In this document: positions 14,399 through 25,261 of the stretch, piece by piece
Position numbering within the stretch: position 1 is the stretch's first letter
Layout: each line of letters opens with the position of its first letter
Source of the DNA: Parasitella parasitica NRRL 2501
Taxonomy: Eukaryota; Fungi; Mucoromycota
DNA: 64,000 nt
NCBI GenBank assembly: GCA_025201805.1
Contig: MU619248.1
Coordinates: 124,001 to 188,000 of the forward strand
Reading direction: 5' to 3'
Translations under genes and position numbers: made by a program
Notes under the pieces: model-generated
Databases searched by the model: none
What the model was told of the DNA's origin: nothing
The model's input: the letters and a program-made list of their open reading frames with translations, nothing else

Positions 14399-15169
14399 TT
14401 AAAATGCAATCATATTTCGTAACGTCTGTCCAAGTAAAGCAAGGTCTTGTGATCTTGATAGTCTGTGGTCTCCGTCTTCGACTTCCATTAACGAAACCCT
14501 TTCTACGCCATGCTTCAACAGATATTTGTACAGTTGATGGGCTGTATTGATAGGCACATCATGGTCATTTACTCCATGAATCAATTGGATGTGAGGACAC
14601 TTGAATGCTGCTTGTGGTTTCGTCAACAGCAGAGCCGGTCTTGAGTTTAAAAGAAAATCAATGCGAATATCATAATACCCACTATCATCATAAAAGCTTG
14701 GTTTTCTCCACTCATTTTCACAATCAGACAGACATTCCGGTGGAACTTGTTCTTGCAGCCATCTCTCAGTAATATCAACCCCTCCGCCTGTCCCAATGAT
14801 GCCTTTGACTGGAACATCTAGAGAAATGAGCATGGCTATCCACAATCCCATGCTCGCCCCTACAATGTAATCTACAGGATGCTTTTTGATTACTTCAAGT
14901 CCATCTCTGTACCAATCCACCACAGAACCTTGTTGTGAATGGTTCCAGCTTAGAAAACCTAGCTGGTGCTGGACAGTAAAATCATAAAGGTAGTCTGCCT
15001 TCTTGGACGCTGTAAAGTCAGAGCGAAACCCAGGTATAAAACATACGGTTGCAGCAGCAGCAGCAGCAGCAGTAGTAGCAGTAGTAGTAATAGTAGTAGT
15101 AGTCGGTGGAGCACGATAAGCAAATATTATTTCCTTATTCAAGGTTCTGAAAATGCTTCTTGGTATCAT
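14399..15169 (-). CDS. Alpha/beta hydrolase, ABHD10-like, intronless
   Basis: FIPGFRSDF, nucleophile GASMG, LIHGVNDHDVP and catalytic His in GDHRLSR; N-terminal Arg-containing possible mitochondrial presequence. Confidence 0.88.
   Translation of the reverse strand: MIPRSIFRTLNKEIIFAYRAPPTTTTITTTATTAAAAAAATVCFIPGFRSDFTASKKADYLYDFTVQHQLGFLSWNHSQQGSVVDWYRDGLEVIKKHPVDYIVGASMGLWIAMLISLDVPVKGIIGTGGGVDITERWLQEQVPPECLSDCENEWRKPSFYDDSGYYDIRIDFLLNSRPALLLTKPQAAFKCPHIQLIHGVNDHDVPINTAHQLYKYLLKHGVERVSLMEVEDGDHRLSRSQDLALLGQTLRNMIAF
15050..15103. repeat. Compound (GCA)n/(GTA)n trinucleotide microsatellite encoding poly-Thr/poly-Ala
   Basis: Read directly; gives TTTTITTTATTAAAAAAA in the hydrolase. Confidence 0.9.
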
Positions 15170-15475
15170 TGAAAGAGGTAGTTCCCCATGTCTTGCAAGC
15201 GGTCAACGAAATAGGATTGGATCAACCTGCTTTGATGGGTTAAGGTTTGTCTCTGACCACACAAAAGCACACATGGCTTTTGTAGTAGTATCTTGTTGTT
15301 TGACAAGCAATTAGAAAGTGGATCACTTGACGGGCGCAGTAGTGGGATACACAAGCGACCTACGCAGCATATCCGTAAACTCCGGGTATTTAAAAGACTA
15401 TTTCAACTCTTTCCGCTTTATCTTTTCGTCGCAAACAGTTCAAAGAAAGAAAAAAGAGAAAAGAATACGCGCAGT

Positions 15476-16597
15476 ATGGTTAGCATTGACATCCCTCATT
15501 TTGCAGTAGACCAAGCACGGGTAAATCATGTGGTCGAGCGACTCTATGAAGTCAAGAAAGAAACACCCAAGGATTTACGATCCAAGGACTTTGTGTTGGA
15601 GGATGGTCAAGTATGGACTAGTTGGACAATGAGGGAGAGCGTATACAAAAAGAGACAAGACACATTCCCTACAATGAGTCGAGGGTTATTTACTAAACAG
15701 CTATCGGATGGGCATTTCCAGATCATGGTGCGAGGCTATGACAAATTTTTCAACGTATTGGAAACCCAGGCGACACAATGGCCTTCCATCATAGCCGAGA
15801 CTCAGGGGCCTTACGAGGTTATGGCAAAAGAAAATGGGTGCATCATTTTCATTGCTGCATTATCAGAGGAAAAGGTGATTGTCACATCAAAGCATTCAAT
15901 CTCTTTAGACAAGACGGACACAAAGGCACATGCTGCTGTTGGATACATCTGGGTGTTGAAGCATTTGGCGTCAGCGCAACTGGCAGAGAAAGATCTAGCA
16001 GCGTGGTTGTTTGACAAGAAAATTACACTAGTAGCTGAGCTATGTGATGATGAATTCGAGCAGCATATTTTACCTTACGTACACAAGGACCGTGGACTGT
16101 ATCTCCACGGCATTAACTATAACACATCAGAACTATATACCCTCCCCGTTTCCGTTGTAGAACAAACAGCAAAAGCGTTTGGTTTTCACTCTACAGATTT
16201 CCAAGTGATTGATACTGCAGATCAGGTCAAGGAGCTTGGACGAACTATGCAACAAACCGGCGTCTATCATGGTCGAGAGGTAGAAGGCGCAGTTGTTCGA
16301 TGCAAAAGAAAAGGAATGGATTTCATGTTCAAGATCAAGAATGAACAGTATCTCATGTATAGAGAATATAGGGAAATCACAAATACTCTGTTACAGTACA
16401 ATGAAGATGGTGTTATGTCAGTTATCATGCCTAAAAAAGAATTGAAATGTAAATATGAAAAGACCCCCTTTTATATTGAGTGGATACGAAAGAGAATATT
16501 GGATCATCCAGAGTGGTTTGAAGAATACAAAGCCAGTAAAGGAGTTATACATGTTCGCCAAGAGTTCGAAAAGTATTGGGATAATGGCCGCCTATAG
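15476..16597 (+). CDS. Stand-alone Trl1-type RNA ligase (adenylyltransferase domain only, 373 aa, intronless)
   Basis: RGLFT, RGYDKFFN, motif I AKENGC, Ia SKHS, III AELCDDEFEQHILPY, YLHGIN, IV EGAVVR, V FKIK, YLMYREYREIT; stops without kinase or CPDase domains. Confidence 0.92.
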   Translation: MVSIDIPHFAVDQARVNHVVERLYEVKKETPKDLRSKDFVLEDGQVWTSWTMRESVYKKRQDTFPTMSRGLFTKQLSDGHFQIMVRGYDKFFNVLETQATQWPSIIAETQGPYEVMAKENGCIIFIAALSEEKVIVTSKHSISLDKTDTKAHAAVGYIWVLKHLASAQLAEKDLAAWLFDKKITLVAELCDDEFEQHILPYVHKDRGLYLHGINYNTSELYTLPVSVVEQTAKAFGFHSTDFQVIDTADQVKELGRTMQQTGVYHGREVEGAVVRCKRKGMDFMFKIKNEQYLMYREYREITNTLLQYNEDGVMSVIMPKKELKCKYEKTPFYIEWIRKRILDHPEWFEEYKASKGVIHVRQEFEKYWDNGRL

Positions 16598-16789
16598 ACC
16601 ATTTTGCATTATCATTTAACTTCTTTGTTTTGTTTTTTTGAAACTCGTGAATAAATTTAGAGAAAATGTGGCATAAAATGTTAACAATTAACATAGATGT
16701 ATATCGATGTTCTTTGATTTAAAATACCACCACTATTGGCTCCATAGATGACATCAAATCAAGCTCATATCACAACTACAGCGTACGAT

Positions 16790-17100
16790 TCTACATCCCC
16801 ACACATTACCATTATTCTCGATACAATCTCGCGTAAGGGTAATGATTCTATCCAGGATAATCAGTAAAAAGCTGTGATTTTGAGTTTATTTGAGTGTGAC
16901 AAAGCATATCAGCTGCCATACCTTGCGTAAATCAAGTCTGCACACTACCAACCTCCTATGCAATATTCGCCTATGTTACCTCTACCTCTCTGTACAATTT
17001 CATGTAAGCATGATGGCTGTATCCAGAGTAATTTGAAAAAAGCTGTGATTTTGAGTGGGTTTGAGTTTAACAAAGTACGTTAATTCCCATACCTTACGTC
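16790..17100. repeat. Two degenerate direct repeats, period 171 bp
   Basis: tatccaggataatcagtaaaaagctgtgattttgagtttatttgagtgtgacaaagcatatcagctgccataccttgcgt (~16849-16928) versus tatccagagtaatttgaaaaaagctgtgattttgagtgggtttgagtttaacaaagtacgttaattcccataccttacgt (~17020-17099). Confidence 0.85.
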
Positions 17101-17461
17101 GTGTCACTAGCTGACAATTGCATCGTTATTTCTTAGCGTTTCTGTTATTCTTAATGTTTTATTATAATTTCTTATCGGCCGTTCTGGTTTAATAGTATAC
17201 TTGCATACTACTTGTGTTGATTTAGGATGGTCATTCATTAGGACAATAGAATAATCCTATCGTAGCTATCCTTAATCATGCGATTAGGAAGCTTTCTTCA
17301 CTGTTTTAAACTGTGCAAGTTTAGGCTACGAAAACATGAATTTTATTTCACTCAGTAAATTTCGTCTTCATCAAGGCATTTTTGAAACAAAGTGATACTA
17401 TGATCAACTCAACCTTGGCAATCATCACTAACCATTTGTTTACTGGATTCTCCTGTACAAT

Positions 17462-18424
17462 TTATGAGCTCTTTAGCGTCCAATCCAGGTTTTCTTCTGA
17501 CCAAGCCTTATTTAGAAAGCACTCTTCAATAGGCAAAAAGTGAACATGATGCCTTGTTTCATATCTAAAACATTTTTTAATCAATTCAGCGATATGTATA
17601 CGAGGATTGTCCATTATGAAGTAATGAGGGGCTGCATTACTTTTATCCAGACTTGCAACGATCTGCTTTATGAATTCAAGGAAAAGCTCTGAATTCGTAC
17701 CATCTTTGGCCACTTTTGCAGTGAAATCCTCGACATCTTGGTATGATATGGCTGATAGGATGGTTATATTCAGGGCTCCCTTTGTTTTCGTCTTAACAAT
17801 TGCGTCTTCTCCTTTCTTTGAATACTCTTTTCCACGAATCAAGTTGGAGTTGAATCCTGCTTCATCAACGAAGATGCAATTCGTCTTGTAGGATATACCA
17901 AGGTCTTGAAGTTTACTGAGAAGTACGATCTGCTTTTGATTACTCCAGGGGAGTTTCTCTTCTCTTCGACTGGCTTTTTTTCTCTTTAAAGTAAAGCCTA
18001 TGTTTTCATGAATATGTCAGTGGGGTTGTGGAATAGATATTCCGTTTTCAACAAGATCAGGGAATCTCTTTAACAACCTGTTCTTCGGGATTCCTTATGT
18101 CAATTGACAGTCTTCGTCCAATATCTCGTCTAGGAATTCGGAATGCTCCTCCCTAAGTTTAACAAGCTTTTCCTTTCTTCCTCTTCTTGGCAAATTTTCT
18201 AATGTTCCTCGCTCAACATAACGCTCAATAATACCGTCTACAGTGCTCCAATTTAGCTTGATCAACTTTGCTACTTGTGCTTTGCTTAAATCATCATCGA
18301 AGAATTTTTCAATAATGATTTCTTTTAGGTGCTTATCGATCACTCTATTCTTTCGCTTCTGAATTGGAGATGGGGCTTTAGTCTTCTTGATTGCGTTAGA
18401 AGAGGTTTTTCTAGTGGCTGGCAT
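17462..18424 (-). mobile_element. Degenerate IS630/Tc1/mariner (DDE_3-like) transposase pseudogene
   Basis: N-terminal HTH (LSKAQVAKLIKLNWSTVDGIIERY), GFTLKR, CIFVDEAGFN, NITILSAIS, FIMDNPRIH, PIEECF; stop and frameshifts, and the PYSP.LN segment is deleted. Confidence 0.9.
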
Positions 18425-18479
18425 GTTTTTTTTGTTGATAGATATTGGGAAATAGAGACAGTATGGTAGAATAAATTTC

Positions 18480-19345
18480 TTATTTCATGTCTTCATAATA
18501 ACGATCACATTTTTGTAATTCATAGCCATCATCTACGGACGGATTCATAATTAAACTAACACTGCCATCATCGTTATCATAGTCGATTCGTAAGATGTTC
18601 AATGTTTGAGCCACAATTGCCTTTGCAGATAATGCCTTGTACAACACTTTTTCAAAAATCGGGGAAGTTTTTTCCAATCATTAGGAACCTGGGCCACTCG
18701 AGTTCTTTTGACTCTGTGTACATTGTTCACCGGAACATCCATCCTTAACATCGACATCGTCAATCCTAAAAAATAATAGTTAAAAATCTATACGCACAAA
18801 CGAATGTACATGTTCAGAAAATAAAACTGAGCTCCAAACCATATTGCAATAAACAAATTATCTTGACATCTTGAGTTTTACCATCCCCTTCGGGAGCTTC
18901 AAGTCCCTTTCACGAAGCAGCTTTGTATTATTGTCACCAGTGGCCTTTCCAGCTTCTCCTGCACCTAGTTCCAAATTCTTCTTTCATAGTATCATATCTA
19001 AGCGTCTATCCGTTTTTTTTTTTTTCGTTCCAGTTTCTCCTCTCCCTGAGGAATGCGATCTTTGTTCTTTCTCAGGCGCATGGCTTTGGGATGGCTCAGA
19101 ATCGCTTTGACGCGCTCTTCTCATTTGCTACTCTATCACCTTCCTCTACTCCAAGACATCCTAGTGCCCCAATCGCAGATACCCTCATTCTAGATCCTGC
19201 CAACTGTCTTGCCTACTCTACCTTTCGATTTTCCCAAAATGTAGTCTCTTGGTGGCTACGCTTCCATTTATTGAAGGCAGAAAGAAATTGCTGTGCATTA
19301 GAAACACAAGAGTTAAATCGCTTGGTTTTTGAGATCTGCGCATTT
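18480..19345 (-). pseudogene. Degenerate intron-containing ORF of unknown function inside the TE island
   Basis: Reads KTKRFNSCVSNAQQFLSAFNKWKRSHQETTFWENRKVE* etc. with in-frame stops; an acceptor-like tttttag near 18770 precedes a further exon-like stretch ending at 18480. Confidence 0.4.
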
Positions 19346-19469
19346 CTTTAATTTGATGAGTATTTATCGCCGTAATCGAAGACTTCGGAAAACGTTTGAA
19401 TGTTTAAGTAACTGAATGTTTTATACACCAATCTAGATCTGAAATTATAAAGATAAAAGAAAAAAAATA

Positions 19470-20170
19470 GGATATCATTACATGCACTACACTTTTCGTA
19501 CCATTACAGACGCCAGCGGCAGGATCAATATTTCTGATTACCATAATTAGAGCACCAATTTTCAAATCAATAATATGAGGAGGCAAAGACCCATTTTCGA
19601 TGGTGTTGAGTATCTCAACCGGCATTGTCAATTGAAATCATCTTCACAGGCTTGATTACAACTGACGTACGACATTTAAGCCCTTGAATGCACCCCAGGG
19701 GTATCTCGTTTATCATTTTGACACCTCTGTTTTTGGCCTTCCCAGCAAAGTAATCAAGACTGTTAAGCGCAGTGGCAATATCAAAGAGTATGCTTCTTAT
19801 CAAATTAGTCAAAATTATCTCCAGGTATGAGCATCTCCTCAGGAATTTGGATAAAGTCTGAAGGTATGTCTCTGGGGAGAGTAACTGTATGAACAGTACC
19901 TTGACCAACCTGAAGTAGATAATCAGCAAATTACTGATGTTCATTAGCGAGATTTGAAGGAGCCTGTTAAACTCTCATATTTGTACGCAGTTGCATTGAG
20001 ACTCCCAGTAGTGGCCAAAAGCTGGCGTTGTTCAAGCACTCACGAAATGAGCGAATAAACGTTGCTATTAAGTCCTTGCTGATCATTGAGCATTCATCCC
20101 AAATACTAATTTTGCTCGTTGGATAAATGTTGCTATGTCAGAGAGGGGCAAAATGTCGCACATGCTGTCT
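19470..20170 (-). mobile_element. Helitron-type Pif1 helicase remnant
   Basis: MPVEILNTIENGSLPPHIIDLKIGALIMVIRNIDPAAGVCNGTK (Pif1/Helitron signature) and a frameshifted Walker B region IQRAKLV/WDECSMI near 20080-20130. Confidence 0.85.
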
Positions 20171-20634
20171 TTTTTTAAAAGGGCTTGAAATAAAACTTGT
20201 TTAAAAAAAATGATTGTTTACTCCAGCACTTGGCCCAAAAACCTACGTCTTGAACCTGTCGGACCCTAATAGGGGGGTTGGCTATTTACAATTTTCTAGC
20301 CAGAAACTCCTTGATTACTTCAAAAACCTAGAAGGTATCAGCTGGTAGTTTTACGTTTGCCACTTCTTGTTGTCATGGTTTTGTTAACGTTAAAAAGCCA
20401 AATAATTTGTTAAAAAGGTAATGTTTATTTTTGACGGCCGATAACTGACAATGCAACCCGTTTATAGAGCTGTTGGACAAGTTTAATGGAGAAATATTAA
20501 ATATTAGATGGTAGAAGATAGGTGTTCTTGATGGTACTTGTGGAGGCATCCTGCCAGAGTTGAAATTTGTTGCAATCGGTCACCATACAATCAGCTGACT
20601 TGCTAGCTGGGGAGCTGGTTCTTCTACACTACTG

Positions 20635-22975
20635 TCATTCTGCAGTTTCCGAAAAAAAATTCAAGTAAATGATAAAGGTTATGATGATTTTGATAATATA
20701 CAATATAAGAGTTTCTGGTAGCAAACCTTTTATCTCTTATAAAAGCTAAGAAGTTTCTGAGAGAAGAGATATGTCACCCTAAAAAGGTTTTAAGTGGGGA
20801 TTTCCATATTTAGAGAAAAAGAGTAATTCCATCAATTTGTTTCATTCGTAGTGAAAATATTGAGAATGTGTTGTGAAATAAGCTATTTGCATCATATCTT
20901 AAAGTTCAAAATAGTCTTAAAAAAGGTTACGGTTGCCTATTGACAAACATCTGAGATTCTGGGTGTAAGTATGTCTGTTGACTTTGGATCTAAAAGCTTT
21001 AAATGGATTCAGGAGTTTCATAATTTTCTATATAGATAATTTTTTTTTATGAATGGGTGTGTTATCTTGGTGGCAGATTGTTTCCTTTTCACTGGCATTT
21101 TCTTATACTTTTATTTGACCTGGCGTCTTCTAGTGTAGAAGGTCTTGCCAGACAAGTACCAAGCTAAATCCTAAATATCCAGTTGCGCAATAAAACAGCT
21201 AGTCAAGCCTGTGCCATCTTTTCCATAATATTGGAATGGTTCAAAAGCGTGTAAAGCCGGCATAGATTTTAGGCGTCTGATTTTCTTTCTGTTTTGGTCT
21301 ACGCGGACTTCAGTGTGTTATTGTCAGAAAAAAGACAAAAACTGTAAGAAAACAATGTTTAGCGATTTCAAATACAAAAAAAAGTAATAAAAAGTGATGC
21401 ATTAGACTGTAAGGCATCTTTTGATTACATACTTTCATAGCTTAGAGCAATTTTTTGTACCTTTTAAATTGACGTCAGATGAAGGTAGCGACTTTTCTGA
21501 CTTGTTTCGGAAAAGTATATTCGAAAATCGGAGCGTGAGATCGTCAGGCCAGGTAAAGACATGCAAGTACTACCATTAGGAAGCCAAGAAGCACACCATT
21601 CAAATAAACTAAGTCAAAATTGTTTTTCTCTTGAATTGGGTAAGCTGTGGCTCCTCAAAGCTAATGCTTTCCTCAAAAAACACTATTTTTTCTTTGATAG
21701 CGGAGATTAAACGTGTCCAAAATCAGGAAAGAAACATTCTTTCAAAAACTCCATTTGGACTATTCGAAAACAAAATTACTACTTTGAGGCAAGATATCAT
21801 CTTCTGATATTATGCATACCACGGCTGTCAGTCTATGATAGTAGCTGTATTTTTAGGCACGCTACACGATGGTGTTAATTTTATAATCCCCGTATGCCTA
21901 TGGAAGGAATTCTGCCAAAAAATCTCGAAAACAAATTAAGTGAGAAAAGTCAACATTTTGCTTGATCAGAGCGGGTTTCCACTCTTTCATATCATTGAAT
22001 GGTCTTTTACGATCATTTTCCTCTAATATATGATATAGTAAAAAGTTGCATTTTTGAGGTCAAAATCGAGGATAATGCATAATCGATGATTTTGGATGTG
22101 TGGATACAAGCAAAAAATCCAAAAAATCCGTGATTTTGCATCGAAAAAAAAATCATGCTCAAATTGCACCAAAATCATATATAATATAGTTTTTTCCCAA
22201 TGCATACTATTTTTGGTGTTTTCAGGGCACTTTTGATTATGAAAATCAATCAAAAATGACACATGAGGATAAAGTTCTTGCTTTTAAGCTGTAAAAAATA
22301 TCTACTTGGAGGTGATATCACGTCAATATCACTTTTGGTACATGATATAGCTCTATAAAGTAAATGTTTTTGATGCCACAAGTATACCTTTCTTCCTAGT
22401 AAAGTGATAAAACAGGTGTGGCTCTTCGAGTTGGAAGCATTTGACGGATACGTAAAATTTAATGCCTTATTAGCATATGCAGTTTGAAACTTTAATGGTT
22501 TTGTTGTTTAACCATTTTAAGTTCAAATACCTATGCAGTTTTATATACTTGTCAGTTTCAGGTATCTGAAGTACATGTCGATAGTGTTGATAAAGAATCT
22601 TCATTGTATTGAAAAATGGGATAATAAAAAACCCAAATAGTTATTCATTTAGAAATACTTATTGTTCCTGCAACAAAGGCTGTTGGATTAAAAATAAAAT
22701 AATTCGGGCGAAGCAATTTCGCAGATCATATAAAATGTTCTCTATTCTTGAGCATTTTTAATTTAATATGGAAATCCAAAAATGTACTTGGATATAATAC
22801 TTCTTGTCCCCACTTGAAATATTCTTAGGGGGCATTTTTCTTCTCTCAGAAACTTTTCAGCTTTTATCAGAAATGGAAGGTTTGTTATCAGAAACTCGAA
22901 TATACGGTTTATTATCACAAACACCGTGACATTTATCATTTGAACTTTTTTTTTTTAGAAACCCAGGGAAATGAT
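20635..22975. repeat. Diverged inverted repeat: arms ~20635-20815 and ~22760-22975
   Basis: The reverse complement of the right arm (aaatgataaatgtcacggtg...gagtttctgataacaaacctt...ataaaagctgaaaagtttctgagagaaga...caagtgggga) aligns with the left arm (aaatgataaaggttatgatg...gagtttctggtagcaaacctt...ataaaagctaagaagtttctgagagaaga...taagtgggga). Confidence 0.85.
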
Positions 22976-23255
22976 TTACATCTACAGATGCAAGATTACT
23001 CGATAATTAAAGTGGTTACAAGAGCTTTGCCTCATTATTAAAGACTGTGCAGCAGAAAATTAATAAAGTGCTTGACATTTGCCTATAAACTACTTTGCAA
23101 CTTTGATTCTACTACCAATTATTAGTATATCCAAAACATCACACTTAAATGCTGAGTTACCCCCCCCCCTTTTTTTAAAAAAAAAAATGAGTAGGTTTTT
23201 TTTCTTTTTTTCACTTTTTGTCTCTTTATTATTGACAGCGCTCTTTCTATCCTTT

Positions 23256-25039
23256 ATGGAAACGCATTGTATCAAAAGACAAGAACATTCTATGACAGTA
23301 CCCGATTCCAAAAGACAACGCACTTGTTCAAATTCTAGCAACCAAGGTTTGATATTTTTTTTATAGAAAACCACCACGCGTACATTATACATATTTGTAA
23401 TCTATCTACTTAGATATGGCAACACCAACATCTGATGCGGATAAATCGGACGTTGACATGGCCGATGATATGGAAGTTTCGATGGACGGAAAGGAAGACA
23501 ATGACGAAGATGAAGCAGTAGACAAAGCCGCAGAAAATCTCGAAAAGGGCATCATTGGCGTCCTTGACTCTCCCAAGGTGAAACAAGAAAACATGTGTCA
23601 ATTGGCCTTGATCAAAATTAACTTGGCCCTGAAATTTGTAGATTGCCAAAGCACTTGAAGAATGCAAAATTTTAGTTATCGGCGCTGGCGGTTTAGGCTG
23701 TGAAATCTTAAAAAATCTTGCATTGACAGGCTTTAAAAAGCTTCATGTTATTGATATGGACACAATTGATTTAAGCAATCTTAACCGCCAATTTTTATTC
23801 CGGTAAACCATTTTTAGGGTTTGTACAGCAAAGAAATATTCACTGAGCCGCCTAAACATAGAAAGAAGGATATTGGAAAATCAAAAGCAATTGTCGCAGC
23901 TAACTTTGTCATGAGCAGAGTGCCTGGTGTTGAAGTAGTACCGTAAGTATCCTTTTATTACTTGGCAATAACCGAGTCAGTTAATTATATATCCATTCAC
24001 AAGTTATTTTGGAAAGATTCAAGACAAGGATGAGAATTATTATAGACAATTTCAACTAGTTATTTGTGGGTTGGATTCAGTAGAAGCCAGGAGATGGATA
24101 AATGCCAAACTTGTAGACATGGTAGACCCAGACGACATGCAAAGCTGGAAGCCGTTGATTGATGGCGGCACGGAAGGATTTAAAGGACAAGCTCGTGTTA
24201 TTTTACCTACTATGAGCTCGTGCTATGAGTGCTCTTTGGACATGTTCAATAAACCAACAACATTTCCTATCTGCACAATTGCGAATACACCTCGTCTACC
24301 TGAACACTGCATTGAATGGGCCTCTGTGTTAGAATGGCCTAAAGTTTGGGGCGAGAAAAAATACGATACTGATGACCCAAAAGACATCACTTGGCTGTAT
24401 GAGCAAGCTTCTGAAAGAGCAAAGAAATTCAATATCACAGGCGTCACTTATTCTTTGACTCAAGGCGTGGTCAAGAATATCATTCCTGCTATTGCTTCCA
24501 CCAATGCTGTTATTGCAGGCAAGACATTACAAAAGATAAGATTGCATGCAACTAACTATTCGCCACAGCTTCATGTTGTAACGAGGCGTTCAAGTTGGCT
24601 ACAGCTGTAGCCCCTTATTTGAATAATTACATGATGTACACAGGTAATGATGGGGTTTATACTTATACGTTTGAGCATCAAAAGAAGCCAGATTGTGCTG
24701 TCTGTGGTTCAGAATCTATCACTGCCAAACTATATCCTGAAATGACTGTCGCAGAACTGATCGAATGGCTCACAGAAAAGCCTGACATGTAAGCCATTTC
24801 ACATCAAGTGCTATGTAGATACTAACCCAATGATTTCATACAGACAATTGAAGAAACCTAGCCTCCGTACAGCATCAAAAACGATCTACATGCAAGCGCC
24901 AAAGGCTTTAGAAGAAGCCACTCGACCAAACCTTGATGGATTTATCAGTGACTTTATCGAAGATGGAGAATTCGTTACTGTCACAGATGCCTCGCTACCT
25001 GTCAGTCTTCAGTTAAGAATCATTTTTTTACTTCCTTGA
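23256..25039 (+). CDS. UBA3: NEDD8-activating enzyme E1 catalytic subunit, multi-exon
   Basis: [57 protein letters not shown], catalytic [33 protein letters not shown]; start codon uncertain (23256 or 23416). Confidence 0.95.
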
Positions 25040-25261
25040 ATAAACAACAACTTGAAAAAATAAGGCATACAGTGTTCCAGCCCACTCTTGGAGTCTGAGA
25101 GAATTACTCAACTACTAGTTCAATGCTACAAAACGATTGTTGATGATTTCAAAGCGGTCACCGTTAAGCCACTACATGTTTGATTTCTTTTCCTTCAAAC
25201 TACACTACTTTAACTTTTTTTCTTTTTTTTTTTTTTTTTTCCTTCAATCACAGTACTCATT

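Noticed and set aside
15293-15475. 61-aa N-terminal extension of the RNA ligase from TTG 15293
   Set aside because: No ligase similarity; it spans the divergent promoter/UTR and ATG 15476 gives a complete domain
23947-23956. U12-type donor consensus GTATCCTTTT inside a UBA3 intron
   Set aside because: Using it would leave an in-frame TAA in the exon; the upstream GTAAGT donor gives the conserved VPYFGKIQD
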